DNA from: a bacterium
GTDB lineage: Bacteria; Electryoneota; JAOADG01
Assembly (NCBI GenBank): GCA_963681965.1
Contig: OY820579.1
Coordinates: forward strand, 2,240,001-2,304,000
DNA length: 64,000 nt
Direction: 5' to 3'
Part shown: positions 42,663 to 52,083 of the stretch, one piece after another
Position numbering within the stretch: position 1 is the stretch's first letter
Layout of the letters: each line of letters starts with the position of its first letter
Position numbers and translations under genes: made by a program
Notes under the pieces: model-generated
Told to the model about the DNA's origin: nothing
What the model saw: the letters and a program-made list of their open reading frames with translations, nothing else
The model's database searches: none

Positions 42663-43190
42663 CTAGTTGCCGGACTTGTGTCCATCATGTTTTTCTTCTT
42701 TCAATTCCTTTTGCTCTTCCTTCATTTCCCGTTTCATTTCTTTCTTTTCGTCGCGCATTTCTTTGCGCTCACCCATACTGTCACGCATTTCTTTATGCAT
42801 TTTGTCGAACTGCTCTTTCTGTTCCGGAGTCAGAATCGCGCCGATCTCGCTATTCAATTTTTTCAACAGCTCGCGCTCATGCTGAATAAGCGCTTTCTGA
42901 GTGATCGTCGTATCCATCCGAAGCTGCATCGTTTTGGCGTGATGTGCTGCTACGATGTCGCGAATCGATGTTTGCTGTTTTTCGGTCAATTTCAATTGGT
43001 CGGTCAAGCGCTCGATAAATTTATCGCCTCGTTTGCCATCCATCATTGGATGACCGCGCATTTTTTCCGGTTTATCGGATTTTACCGCCTTCTCCGAAGC
43101 AGTCGGTTGATCGGTTTCGGCATACGCGCAAGTACCCAATACAAAAACTGCAAGTAACATCAGTATGGTGATTGTTCTAGTTAATCTCAT
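42663..43190 (-). CDS. Periplasmic Spy/CpxP-like (LTXXQ) helical protein
   Basis: Signal peptide; LKLTEKQQ and ILTPEQKEQF motifs; GGAGG RBS. Confidence 0.7.
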   Translation of the reverse strand: MRLTRTITILMLLAVFVLGTCAYAETDQPTASEKAVKSDKPEKMRGHPMMDGKRGDKFIERLTDQLKLTEKQQTSIRDIVAAHHAKTMQLRMDTTITQKALIQHERELLKKLNSEIGAILTPEQKEQFDKMHKEMRDSMGERKEMRDEKKEMKREMKEEQKELKEEKHDGHKSGN

Positions 43191-43238
43191 TGTTCCTCCG
43201 AGATTGTGAAATCCTGTCCGCCAAGTAATACGAGAGTA

Positions 43239-43946
43239 TCAATCGGTCTGAGGGATTGCGTCGGTCTGACCAATCCGCCAGGAAAATGGGTTGTAATCGC
43301 GATGAGTATCGACCACATCGCACTGATCGATCCGTTTCAATGTATTACACGCGAGATAGGTCACTGGAGTTGCAAATACTTCCACACCTACTTTAAAGAT
43401 GTAATTGGAGAGGATGATGGTCCACAATAGCTCGCTGCTGATCGTACCGGCGAACGCTATCATGCAGAATAGACCCGTGTCGAGTGCCTCGCCGACCACT
43501 GTCGATCCGATTGTCCGCATCCAGAGATGTTTTTTGGGTTGAAACCGTTTCATGATCGACATGATCGTGTCATTCGACCACGAGCCGAATAAATATGCCG
43601 CCACCGATGCCATTACAATGCGGGTGGTCGAGAGTAATATGCTCTCGTATGCGGCTTGATTGGTCCACTCCGATGCCGAGGGTAACATTCCGACGACGGC
43701 GAATAGCGACACTGCCATTAATTGCGCGGCGAGACCGATCCAGATCGTGCGACGAGCAATACGGAAGCCGTATACTTCCGTCAGGATGTCGCCAAAGATA
43801 TAGGAGATCGGAAACAGCAATGTGCCGCCATCGAATGTGAAATGACCGAGATTCACCAATTTGGTCGATGCCACATTCGAAATTAGGAGTACTGCTACGA
43901 AAAATCCGGTGATTGCCGGTAGCGATTTGTAATTACGGTATTCCAT
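43239..43946 (-). CDS. Queuosine precursor transporter (YhhQ/VUT family)
   Basis: ISNVASTK, FPISYIFGDILTEVYG, RTIGSTVVGEALDT, DYNPF. Confidence 0.92.
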   Translation of the reverse strand: MEYRNYKSLPAITGFFVAVLLISNVASTKLVNLGHFTFDGGTLLFPISYIFGDILTEVYGFRIARRTIWIGLAAQLMAVSLFAVVGMLPSASEWTNQAAYESILLSTTRIVMASVAAYLFGSWSNDTIMSIMKRFQPKKHLWMRTIGSTVVGEALDTGLFCMIAFAGTISSELLWTIILSNYIFKVGVEVFATPVTYLACNTLKRIDQCDVVDTHRDYNPFSWRIGQTDAIPQTD

Positions 43947-44087
43947 TGTTCCATTCGATTGATGATTTAAGCGTCATAATATAACGCAAATTCACAGCAA
44001 AAGGTAGTCGATCCAGTTAAATATAAGTTTATGATTATTAGTAAGAAATATCGAGTTAAGAATTGTCAGTTGGTTATCCATCGCGAA

Positions 44088-44420
44088 GCGGTGGACTAAA
44101 AGAGTCCGCGTATTATTTATCCCGAAAATCTACTTACACACTTTTTACGTAGCCGCAGGCTTCAGCCTGCGTATTTTTATTTCTTGAATCTTGTATCTTG
44201 ACATACGTGCGGATCCCCTCGCCTGCCCGTCTAATTCTGTTTGGTAGGGGCGTTCTTACGCGTCCGCCCGTGTCAGGTGCATTAGCCACGATAGGGGCTT
44301 TTGGCAACCCCGAAGCGCTCACCGAAGGTATTACGTCATCATCTTTTTAATTCAATATTTCAATATTCGCATTCTGCCAATTCGACTGTTACGGGCGGAC
44401 GCGTAAGAACGCCCCTACCA
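44088..44420. repeat. Intergenic palindrome mosaic
   Basis: GTAGCCGCAGGCTTCAGCCTGCG (44149), an inverted pair at 44244-44269 / 44393-44418, and GGCAACCCCGAAGCGCTCACCGAAGGT (also near 12323). Confidence 0.85.
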
Positions 44421-44511
44421 AAAAAAAAGAAGATTCGGAGATACCCTCTAATAAAAAAACGGGCGGTTCGAAAACCACCCGTTAATTCTTCTAAGTATCT
44501 AGTACCACCCG

Positions 44512-47500
44512 TTACTTCATGAACACCACTTTACGCGTGGTCTTGAAGTTGTCGGCGGTAATCATCACGTAATACACGCCGCTGGCGTTGCCGCTGGCAT
44601 TCCAATGCAGAGTATAGGTTCCGGCATCGAGGTTCCCTTGCGATAATACTGCTACTTCGCGACCGGTTTGATCGAACACCTTCGCCGAAACAAAACCGCT
44701 CTTCGGAACACTCAGTTTCATCGTCATCGAGGGATTGAACGGATTCGGATACGCTTCCGAAACCACGTAATCCTTCGGTAACATCTGGGTCGCCGGTTGA
44801 TCGACACCAGTGAATCCATCGGGAGTTTGCGTACTGAATCGGATGATGTGGTTGTTGTGCAACTCTTCCGCACCCGGAGATGCGACGTGTGCAAACAACA
44901 GATCCAAACCGTCGGTGTGTTCCCAATTCATGATGCCCATCGTTGTGTAGTTGTTGGTCTGATCGACATCGGATGAAGTGTGATACTGGAAATCGATAAT
45001 GTTGTCGCTCGATGGTCCACGACGATCGCCGTAAAGAATGATTTCGAATTTCTGTCGGATCGGATTCGTTTCAATACCGTACCGCGAATATGCTTCCGCC
45101 CATTCGATGATATATTTCCGATCGCCGGGGGTGTTGTCCATTCGATAGAACAATCGGACTCGACCGCTATCAGCCGGATTCGAACCCTTCAAGTCGTCCC
45201 AGTTCGCCGCAAGCAACGTGCGCGGTCCCTGAGAATTCGGCAGCGTCCAGTTGTAGAAATCATACATCCAGGTGCTGTCGAAGCTGACCCAACCATTCGA
45301 ACAAATCGACAAGAATTGATTGTAAGTCCGACCGTAGAATGTGAATGGGAACGGTATCGCTTGCACATACGTGGTATCGTCTTTCAGAATGAGCGAAGTC
45401 CCGTTACCGCCCAGTGCCGTATCCAATTCGATCCAGTTATAAGTCGGTGTCGGCCACGTTCCGGTCGACGGTACGTCGATCTCTTCGTAGGCGTAGTAGC
45501 CGTAATTGTCCGGTCCGGTCGGCATCGTGCTGGCACGGGTTCCGCAAGTGATATTGAACCACGTGGTCAATGTATCCGAACCACCGATGATCCAATTCAA
45601 CATCCGAATGGGAATGATGTGTCCGGGTAGAATGGATTGGGCGATTTCCGCATCGAATGCTACAAAACCGCTATCGCGAATCGCCATATAATACGCCGCC
45701 GGTGTCGTGATATTCATGCCATTCGAGAAGGTGACAAACTGGTAGTTGCATGCCGGAATGGCAGCGTTACCCTCACTCTTGAGATGCACTTGAATTGTCG
45801 TCGAGCGGCTGACACCCGGTGTTAACGACCCACTCTCGACGACGATCCCGGAGATCCGCGGTAATGCCCAAGCGACTGGCATGGCGAAATCGACGGCACC
45901 CGAAGCGAACGTCAAGCGAAGCGATTCCGGTGTGCGATCTGCCAGGGATACGACTTTCACGCGATAAGTCAGGGATGTGGTAGCACCGGCATTCACCGTA
46001 CCGGCATTGGAACTATTGTTGAGAATGACCAACCGGTTGCGCGTATTCGTTTGCGATAAAATCGCCTGCGAAGCGGCTGCGGTCGTTCCCACATTCTTGA
46101 TTAAGATGTTGATATCGCCTTCGACACCCGGGCTGGGCAGTGTATTGGGAATATTGAAGAACACTGAATCGACCCGGAACTGACCAATCAAAGGATTATT
46201 AGTTTGAATGTAGTTGATAACTGGACGGTAGTTACCGCCGCGAACCGCGATTCTAACGGTATCGTTTGCGACGATCCGCAATGGTAACGTGGCATATCCT
46301 TGAGCATCAGTAAGCGAGACTGCTGGATTAGCACCAGCATTTCCGACGATCAGCGCTGCAACCATATTCGGCAAAGGATTACCTGTTCGCTGATCGACTG
46401 CGCGAATCGTCATCGAAGACGAAGCTGGATTCAATGTCGTCGGGAATGTCACTTGCATCGTGTCAGGTGTTTTGTACCATAACGTCAATGACGGATCGCC
46501 AAGGATGTTGTAGAACCGGAAATATTGTTCGACTGCCGTCATCTCATTCGGGAAACCTTGATACACTTCCAATTTTCCGCGCAATGTTGCCGGACCCAGT
46601 TTATTGAGACCGTCATTCAGCCAGCCGTGCAGCAATCCAGCCAGAATTGGGTTGTTATAGCGTGTGCTGGTATGCAAGTGGGCTGCACCGAAGAAAGCCG
46701 GACCGCATTTCGGTACACTTGGCGAACCGGTTTCAACCCATGCTTCGCCGAAGCATTGGTTGCCGTCGACTTGCGAATTTAATGCGGCATACCGACCATT
46801 CTGACAGACGATCGATAGCATTACTGCATCGTTTCTGGTGACATTAGCCAAGTCACCTCGCTGTAATCGAGGGTAGAGTGGACCTTGGCTATCGCCCCAG
46901 CCGCGATAAGTGATTAGCGAAACACCTTGATTGATTAACGCAAGAATCGAATCAGTACCTGGTGCCGGTTGCATCGGATAAAGATAGGTACTGACATTGT
47001 AACCAAAGTCACGCAACATCTGTGCTGCCCAACGGGTATTTTCCGTGGGAGTGATCGGTGGGCTACCCGTGTCGGAATAGTTGCCGGCGAAGCAGAATGC
47101 TTTATTCATGTAATTCGTATTCGCTGGGTTTCCAGTTCCGGGGGAATTTTGATGTTGTTGTGTTTTGTTCACGATCGTAGCAAGTCCTGTAGTAGAACCA
47201 TAGGAGATTCTACCCAGAAATGCTTCCGGCCAGAAGTCAGAACCATCCAGCAATACATAATTCAAGTCGGAAGGAACCGTTTCCGCTGCCGAAACGGTAA
47301 ACGGAAACGTCGGGACATTGTCCAATCGGTCGGCATCGCCGATAATCGCGACATATTCGACTGGAAGCGTATGTGCCAACGAATTGTAGACATCGGCTAT
47401 CAACAATTTGATCTGGTCGCCATTGGCTCCGGACGGAATCAAGATCGTAGCGACATTATATCCTTCCATTTTCTTCAAATTGGTAAACGTGAGAAGTTGC

Positions 47501-48225
47501 GAATTATAAGACGCTGAGGAAGGACGCACGATCACGTAAGTACCCGGTCGCCACAACAGGGATCGTCCCATCGAGAATGGGTTATAACCCAAAAACATCG
47601 TTTCATAGATCCCGTGATAGGATGGTGTGATCGGACCGGTTAATGTCGGTCCTGCTACAGTCGCAGTCAACGTGATCGTTAGTTCGCTGATCGCTTCGAT
47701 GGTGCCGTCGGATAGTTGGCGCAACGGATACACGGTCACCGGAACGACGCCGAAATCCTTGAAGACACCCGGTTCGCCGACAGTCACGCGCGGCATCTCG
47801 CTGGATTTCGCCAACGGGGTGTTGGGGAATTCCGGATCGCTGGCGATCGCAACTGCGCCGCCGAGTCGGTCCGTCGTGATATGTTCCGTACGTCCGGCAA
47901 CGACACTGGCAGTCGCTTTCACCGCAAAATTGAAGGGGACGAATACGGTCACGCCGGAAATATCGGGGGTACCTAATTTCGGAAACGCTTCGTGTTGTCC
48001 ACCAACGCGAAGAGCAACGCCGTTGGTCGCTTTCTCAACCGCGAAGCCATTCAACTTCACTGTGAAAGTGACCGTGGTTGCGCTGCGATTGAGTTGATCG
48101 ACGTTGGGGGATGGGGTGCCGACTGCCGCGGATGACGCTGCATCGGACAGCCAGACGGTTTGCACGGGAGCAGCAAATGCGCCGAGTGCAACGATTAACA
48201 GGATCGAAAGAAGTAACCTTCTCAT
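44512..48225 (-). CDS. C25 family (gingipain-like) cysteine peptidase with T9SS C-terminal domain
   Basis: YVAIIGD, SDLNY..LDG.D..PE.FLGRIS, ITYRGWG, SIVCQNG, CFGEAW, YNILGDPSL; AYPNPFNP...ASGVYY...RKVVFMK. Confidence 0.88.
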   Translation of the reverse strand: MRRLLLSILLIVALGAFAAPVQTVWLSDAASSAAVGTPSPNVDQLNRSATTVTFTVKLNGFAVEKATNGVALRVGGQHEAFPKLGTPDISGVTVFVPFNFAVKATASVVAGRTEHITTDRLGGAVAIASDPEFPNTPLAKSSEMPRVTVGEPGVFKDFGVVPVTVYPLRQLSDGTIEAISELTITLTATVAGPTLTGPITPSYHGIYETMFLGYNPFSMGRSLLWRPGTYVIVRPSSASYNSQLLTFTNLKKMEGYNVATILIPSGANGDQIKLLIADVYNSLAHTLPVEYVAIIGDADRLDNVPTFPFTVSAAETVPSDLNYVLLDGSDFWPEAFLGRISYGSTTGLATIVNKTQQHQNSPGTGNPANTNYMNKAFCFAGNYSDTGSPPITPTENTRWAAQMLRDFGYNVSTYLYPMQPAPGTDSILALINQGVSLITYRGWGDSQGPLYPRLQRGDLANVTRNDAVMLSIVCQNGRYAALNSQVDGNQCFGEAWVETGSPSVPKCGPAFFGAAHLHTSTRYNNPILAGLLHGWLNDGLNKLGPATLRGKLEVYQGFPNEMTAVEQYFRFYNILGDPSLTLWYKTPDTMQVTFPTTLNPASSSMTIRAVDQRTGNPLPNMVAALIVGNAGANPAVSLTDAQGYATLPLRIVANDTVRIAVRGGNYRPVINYIQTNNPLIGQFRVDSVFFNIPNTLPSPGVEGDINILIKNVGTTAAASQAILSQTNTRNRLVILNNSSNAGTVNAGATTSLTYRVKVVSLADRTPESLRLTFASGAVDFAMPVAWALPRISGIVVESGSLTPGVSRSTTIQVHLKSEGNAAIPACNYQFVTFSNGMNITTPAAYYMAIRDSGFVAFDAEIAQSILPGHIIPIRMLNWIIGGSDTLTTWFNITCGTRASTMPTGPDNYGYYAYEEIDVPSTGTWPTPTYNWIELDTALGGNGTSLILKDDTTYVQAIPFPFTFYGRTYNQFLSICSNGWVSFDSTWMYDFYNWTLPNSQGPRTLLAANWDDLKGSNPADSGRVRLFYRMDNTPGDRKYIIEWAEAYSRYGIETNPIRQKFEIILYGDRRGPSSDNIIDFQYHTSSDVDQTNNYTTMGIMNWEHTDGLDLLFAHVASPGAEELHNNHIIRFSTQTPDGFTGVDQPATQMLPKDYVVSEAYPNPFNPSMTMKLSVPKSGFVSAKVFDQTGREVAVLSQGNLDAGTYTLHWNASGNASGVYYVMITADNFKTTRKVVFMK

Positions 48226-48557
48226 CGGTGTTTCCTCCTCTTGGTGAACAGTCCCGGTATGAAACGAAAACTTCCGACAAAAAAACGCAAGCCGAAAATC
48301 AATCCGCTCAGTCGATCCGGGGGCAGCGGTTGCACCTGTTTATGATCTCGCCACTGTAGCCGCGAAAGTTTCGAGAGAATCTCAATACTACAGTTACAAT
48401 ATGCATTCAAAGCCGGATAAAAGCAATATGCAACAACGATTGCGAATGAAAATCAATCTTGATAACACATTTGCACACAACTTCCCAGAAGTGATTACTA
48501 TTTATACAGATATTAGCTACTTACCGGAGGTAAAGGATGCTCTCTGCAGATGATCGG

Positions 48558-49030
48558 TTGATTTGTCGTTGCGAGGACTGCAGCGAAGGAACATGCGAAG
48601 CATTTCCGAAGCGGAAGGACGAAGCAATCTATCTTGAATCCTGTTTTCTCTAGTAGGGGTGGGTCCCCGCGCCCGCCCGTTCTTGTATCTTTATTTCTCT
48701 TTTCCCAATCCCCAATGCCTATTTCTCCATCACCCATTCTATGCGTCAGGCGCTGCCTGCCGCTTGGGGCGAATGCGATTCGCCCCTACGGAAAAAACGC
48801 GGACTAAAGTCCGCCGCTACCATGATGAATTGTCAGGCTGAAGCCTAACTTCCGATTTCAAGAGACAGATACACCGAACCTGCGATTCGCTTCCTTTCCG
48901 TAGGTCAGAACTTGTTCTGACCATTTCTTGTATTTTTTTTCTCTTTTCCCACCACCTACAACCCACTACCCACCACCCGTTTGGTTGATTTGTCGTTGCG
49001 AGGACTGCAGCGAAGGAACATGCGAAGCAT
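48558..49030. repeat. Intergenic palindrome mosaic ending in a truncated element
   Basis: Full element at about 48560-48630; the last copy (about 48986-49030) breaks off after ATGCGAAGCAT. Confidence 0.85.
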
Positions 49031-49851
49031 TACCTCAGTTTCTTCCCGACGGTGCATCTCTCCTACAAATTGAGCAAACTAAATGAATTGCAATTGAGTT
49101 ACAGTCGGCGCGTGCGGCGACCGGATGGTGAGGATTTGAATCCATTCCCGGAATATCGCGATCCGTTGAATGTCTGGGCGGGAAATCCGAAACTGTTGCC
49201 GGAATATGTGAATGTGCTGGAACTCGGTTGTCAATATCTGAATGGCGGATTGATGTTGGTACCGGCGCTGTTCTACCGCAACACGAATAATCGCTTTACC
49301 CGGGTCACGCAGACACTGCACGATTCGATCGTCTTGACGACCATGGAAAATCTGGCTTCCGATCAATCCGGCGGTATCGAATTGAATGTGTCGTGGAATC
49401 ATCAGAAATCGTTTTCGCTTCACGGATACAGTAGTGTGTTTTTCGATCAGATCGATGCCACCAATCTTAACAATACAATGGAAAGAAGAATGTTACGACG
49501 TGGACCAGCAATATCACGATGGATGTCAATTTGACCGAGACCAGCCGGTTTCAACTCAACTCGAATTACAATTCGGCACGATTGACGGCGCAAGGGAAAA
49601 ACAAACCGTCGTATTCGCTCAATTCCGGTTTTCGACAAGAATTGTTTGAAGGAAAATTGACGATCACTGCGACCGTCACGGATATCTTCAAGACGATGAA
49701 ACGGGAATTCGAGTTGAATATCCCGACGCTGCAGCAAACATCGGTGAATAAGCGCGACTCGCGCGTAATGTACGTCGGATTGAATTATCGCTTCGGTTCG
49801 CAGAAGAAGAAAGCGAAAGAAGACCAGATTAAATACGATGACGGGTTGTAG
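49031..49851 (+). pseudogene. 5'-truncated, frameshifted TonB-dependent receptor-like outer-membrane beta-barrel
   Basis: Begins mid-domain (YLSFFPTVHLSYKL...YSRRVRRP...LNPF...GNPKLLPEY) with no start or signal peptide; frameshift near 49470; second frame ends YVGLNYRFG. Confidence 0.85.
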
Positions 49852-49873
49852 AATAGATCGCCGTAAAATGTAT

Positions 49874-49902
49874 ACGGGCGCTTTGCAGCGCCCGTTTTTT
49901 TT
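49874..49902 (+). terminator. Intrinsic terminator (possibly bidirectional)
   Basis: ACGGGCGCT-TTGC-AGCGCCCGT plus T run. Confidence 0.85.
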
Positions 49903-49968
49903 GTGTTTCTTACACTCGTTCGAATTTCGTGGTGAAGTGCCGCAGGATCGGTGGTTCGTAGGTGGTCC
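49901..49968 (-). repeat. att-like direct repeat, copy A (displaced 3' end of tnaA)
   Basis: 68 bp, 5 mismatches to 53173-53240; encodes TYEPPILRHFTTKFERV*. Confidence 0.92.
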
Positions 49969-50035
49969 TTAAAAGCTAGTTCAACATTCGAACTTAGAAT
50001 ATCAATTAATTGATTGCTAGATAATCTGAATTGGA

Positions 50036-50845
50036 TTAAATGTAAGGATCGTCCAATTTGCAGTAACTAGCATCAAGAATATTGGCTTTACAACAATAAT
50101 TCATTAACCAAGTTACATGTTCTTCATCGATGGGTGGGATATCCTTCTTGAACAAAACGGCTCGATCCAATCTTCCGATCCACTCTCGCGCTTTAGTTAC
50201 TAATTGAACCTCGATGATACGCGATTCTTGGATCATAATTAAAAAATGGATAGCACGATAATTAGTGTCGTGGGAGTACAATTTCGGATTGAAATAATAA
50301 TTTCTGCATCGATAAATTTTTCGATAAAAGTCACGCCATATTTTTACTCCTAATTGCGCAAGTTCGTTAGGAGTCTGGACGACTATTCGAAATCGAACCA
50401 AGTCCCAAATATCGTATAAATATTCAGGATAATACCCTAACCGTTTTCGTTTCTCAATCGATTTTGCGATTGATTCATCTGATTTCAAGTTACCAAATAA
50501 ATGTTCGAGCGGAACTTGCGATTTCTCGATATAATCAAGTAACACGAGTCGGGAAAAGTCAAAGACTTTCTGTTTCTCATTTTTATCCATCACAAAATCA
50601 GACCAGTCAGCGATATTTTGACTAATTCGAAAGCCTGTTTCCGGGATAACTATTAACTTTCTAGATAATAGATCTACTGACTGATCGTGAAGCAATTGAA
50701 AATTGGGATCTGCTGAGTTTGTTCCATTCTCAATTTTATTGCCTAACTCTAAAAATTCGGTTCGATCTTTGTCAGAAAGTGAGCACCAGAATTGTTTGAA
50801 CCATTTGTCATGGCACTCGCAGTATTCGATATGTCTTTGTAACAT
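50036..50845 (-). CDS. Divergent RelA/SpoT synthetase-domain protein (small alarmone synthetase-like)
   Basis: Ordered motifs NLKSDESIAKS (Syn1-like), DIWDLVRFRIV (Syn2), NYRAIH (Syn3), EVQLVT (Syn4); no hydrolase or regulatory domains. Confidence 0.75.
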   Translation of the reverse strand: MLQRHIEYCECHDKWFKQFWCSLSDKDRTEFLELGNKIENGTNSADPNFQLLHDQSVDLLSRKLIVIPETGFRISQNIADWSDFVMDKNEKQKVFDFSRLVLLDYIEKSQVPLEHLFGNLKSDESIAKSIEKRKRLGYYPEYLYDIWDLVRFRIVVQTPNELAQLGVKIWRDFYRKIYRCRNYYFNPKLYSHDTNYRAIHFLIMIQESRIIEVQLVTKAREWIGRLDRAVLFKKDIPPIDEEHVTWLMNYCCKANILDASYCKLDDPYI

Positions 50846-50865
50846 TGAGCACTCAAAATTATTAA

Positions 50866-51471
50866 TTACGAGAAATAGATATCATTCTTTGCAAATGTTG
50901 ATCGAACAGAGTCCTTTCTCTCAACAACAGCAATTTTTTTTCCTTTCTTATGAAGTAATAGAAATTCTTTGTTTACTAAATCTTTAATGCGATAATACAT
51001 TTCACTCGGATTTTGAACTTTGTCAACTTGCCATCTCTGAAAATTCGTAAATAAATCTTCAAGAGTGATCTGATCTAATGAATACTCGTATATAAATTCA
51101 ATTATCTTTTTCTGAGTAAAAGATAATTTTCTATAAGAATCCACTAATTTCAGTTCTTGATCTGCAACACTAGGAGCACTCTCGATGGGTATTTTAGATA
51201 CTGATGTAACAGAATAAAGCGAATATTCGTTAGGTTTTTGTTTTAAATTAGATTTATGTGAAAGATATGTGAACAAAATCACGAAAAATAATCCAATTAA
51301 TAATTCAAACACACCTATAAATACTATTAACCCATTTGGGTGAGCACGATAAATTATATTATTTGTTTGATTATGCCATTCGAAAATTCCTAATAAAATC
51401 ATAACTGTTCCACCAAGAACAAATATTGCATCGATTCTTGCCTTAAAAAGACTTTTTAAAAGTTCGAACAT
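50866..51471 (-). CDS. 2TM membrane protein with C-terminal winged-helix-like domain (paralog 2)
   Basis: Two hydrophobic helices, then LSFTQKKIIEFIY...EMYYRIKDLVNKEFL; aligns with 51538-52083; GAAAGGGA RBS before ATG 51471. Confidence 0.7.
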   Translation of the reverse strand: MFELLKSLFKARIDAIFVLGGTVMILLGIFEWHNQTNNIIYRAHPNGLIVFIGVFELLIGLFFVILFTYLSHKSNLKQKPNEYSLYSVTSVSKIPIESAPSVADQELKLVDSYRKLSFTQKKIIEFIYEYSLDQITLEDLFTNFQRWQVDKVQNPSEMYYRIKDLVNKEFLLLHKKGKKIAVVERKDSVRSTFAKNDIYFS

Positions 51472-51537
51472 AATGATCCCTTTCAAAATAATAAATTAGA
51501 GATTAATCGCTTTAAATTGAAATGAATTACCGGTTAA

Positions 51538-52083
51538 TTAAGAGCACAATATATTCTTTTTTTCCAAAGTTAACTGAACAAAACCAATTTTCTCAATGAC
51601 AGCTATATTTCTTCCAATATTATGAAGATTAATGAAACCATTATATTTTAGATCTTTAATTCTATAATAAAATTCGTTTTTGTTTTGAATAATTCCAGGT
51701 CTCCAGGCTTGAAAACCATCGAAAAGCACTTCGAGAGAAATTTCATTTAATAAATGTTGGTAAATAAATTGTACAATCAGCATTTGTGTTAATGTTAAAT
51801 TGTGATAAGATAAGACTAACTGTTCTTCATAGTCTCGTTTAGGACTTGCCATCTCCGAATGAACTCTCTGTTGAATATAGAAATTAATAATATAGAGTGA
51901 AATACCAATTAATGTTAACAGAATCCCAATAAAAATGACAAAACTATGAGGATGTGTTCGAATAATAATGTTATTTAATTGACCATTCCATTCAAAAATA
52001 CCAAGCAGCAACATCGAAGAACCAACAAGCACTAAGATGACATCAACTTTTGCTTTAAGAACGCCTTTAAGTAGTTCTAGCAT
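51538..52083 (-). CDS. 2TM membrane protein with C-terminal winged-helix-like domain (paralog 1)
   Basis: Two hydrophobic helices, then LTLTQMLIVQFIY...EFYYRIKDLKYNGFI; start overlaps the upstream stop. Confidence 0.7.
   Translation of the reverse strand: MLELLKGVLKAKVDVILVLVGSSMLLLGIFEWNGQLNNIIIRTHPHSFVIFIGILLTLIGISLYIINFYIQQRVHSEMASPKRDYEEQLVLSYHNLTLTQMLIVQFIYQHLLNEISLEVLFDGFQAWRPGIIQNKNEFYYRIKDLKYNGFINLHNIGRNIAVIEKIGFVQLTLEKKNILCS

Noticed and set aside
43947-44090. preQ1 riboswitch upstream of the queuosine precursor transporter
   Set aside because: No GGTTC..C stem-loop with an A-rich tail is visible on the minus strand; an Rfam scan would settle it.
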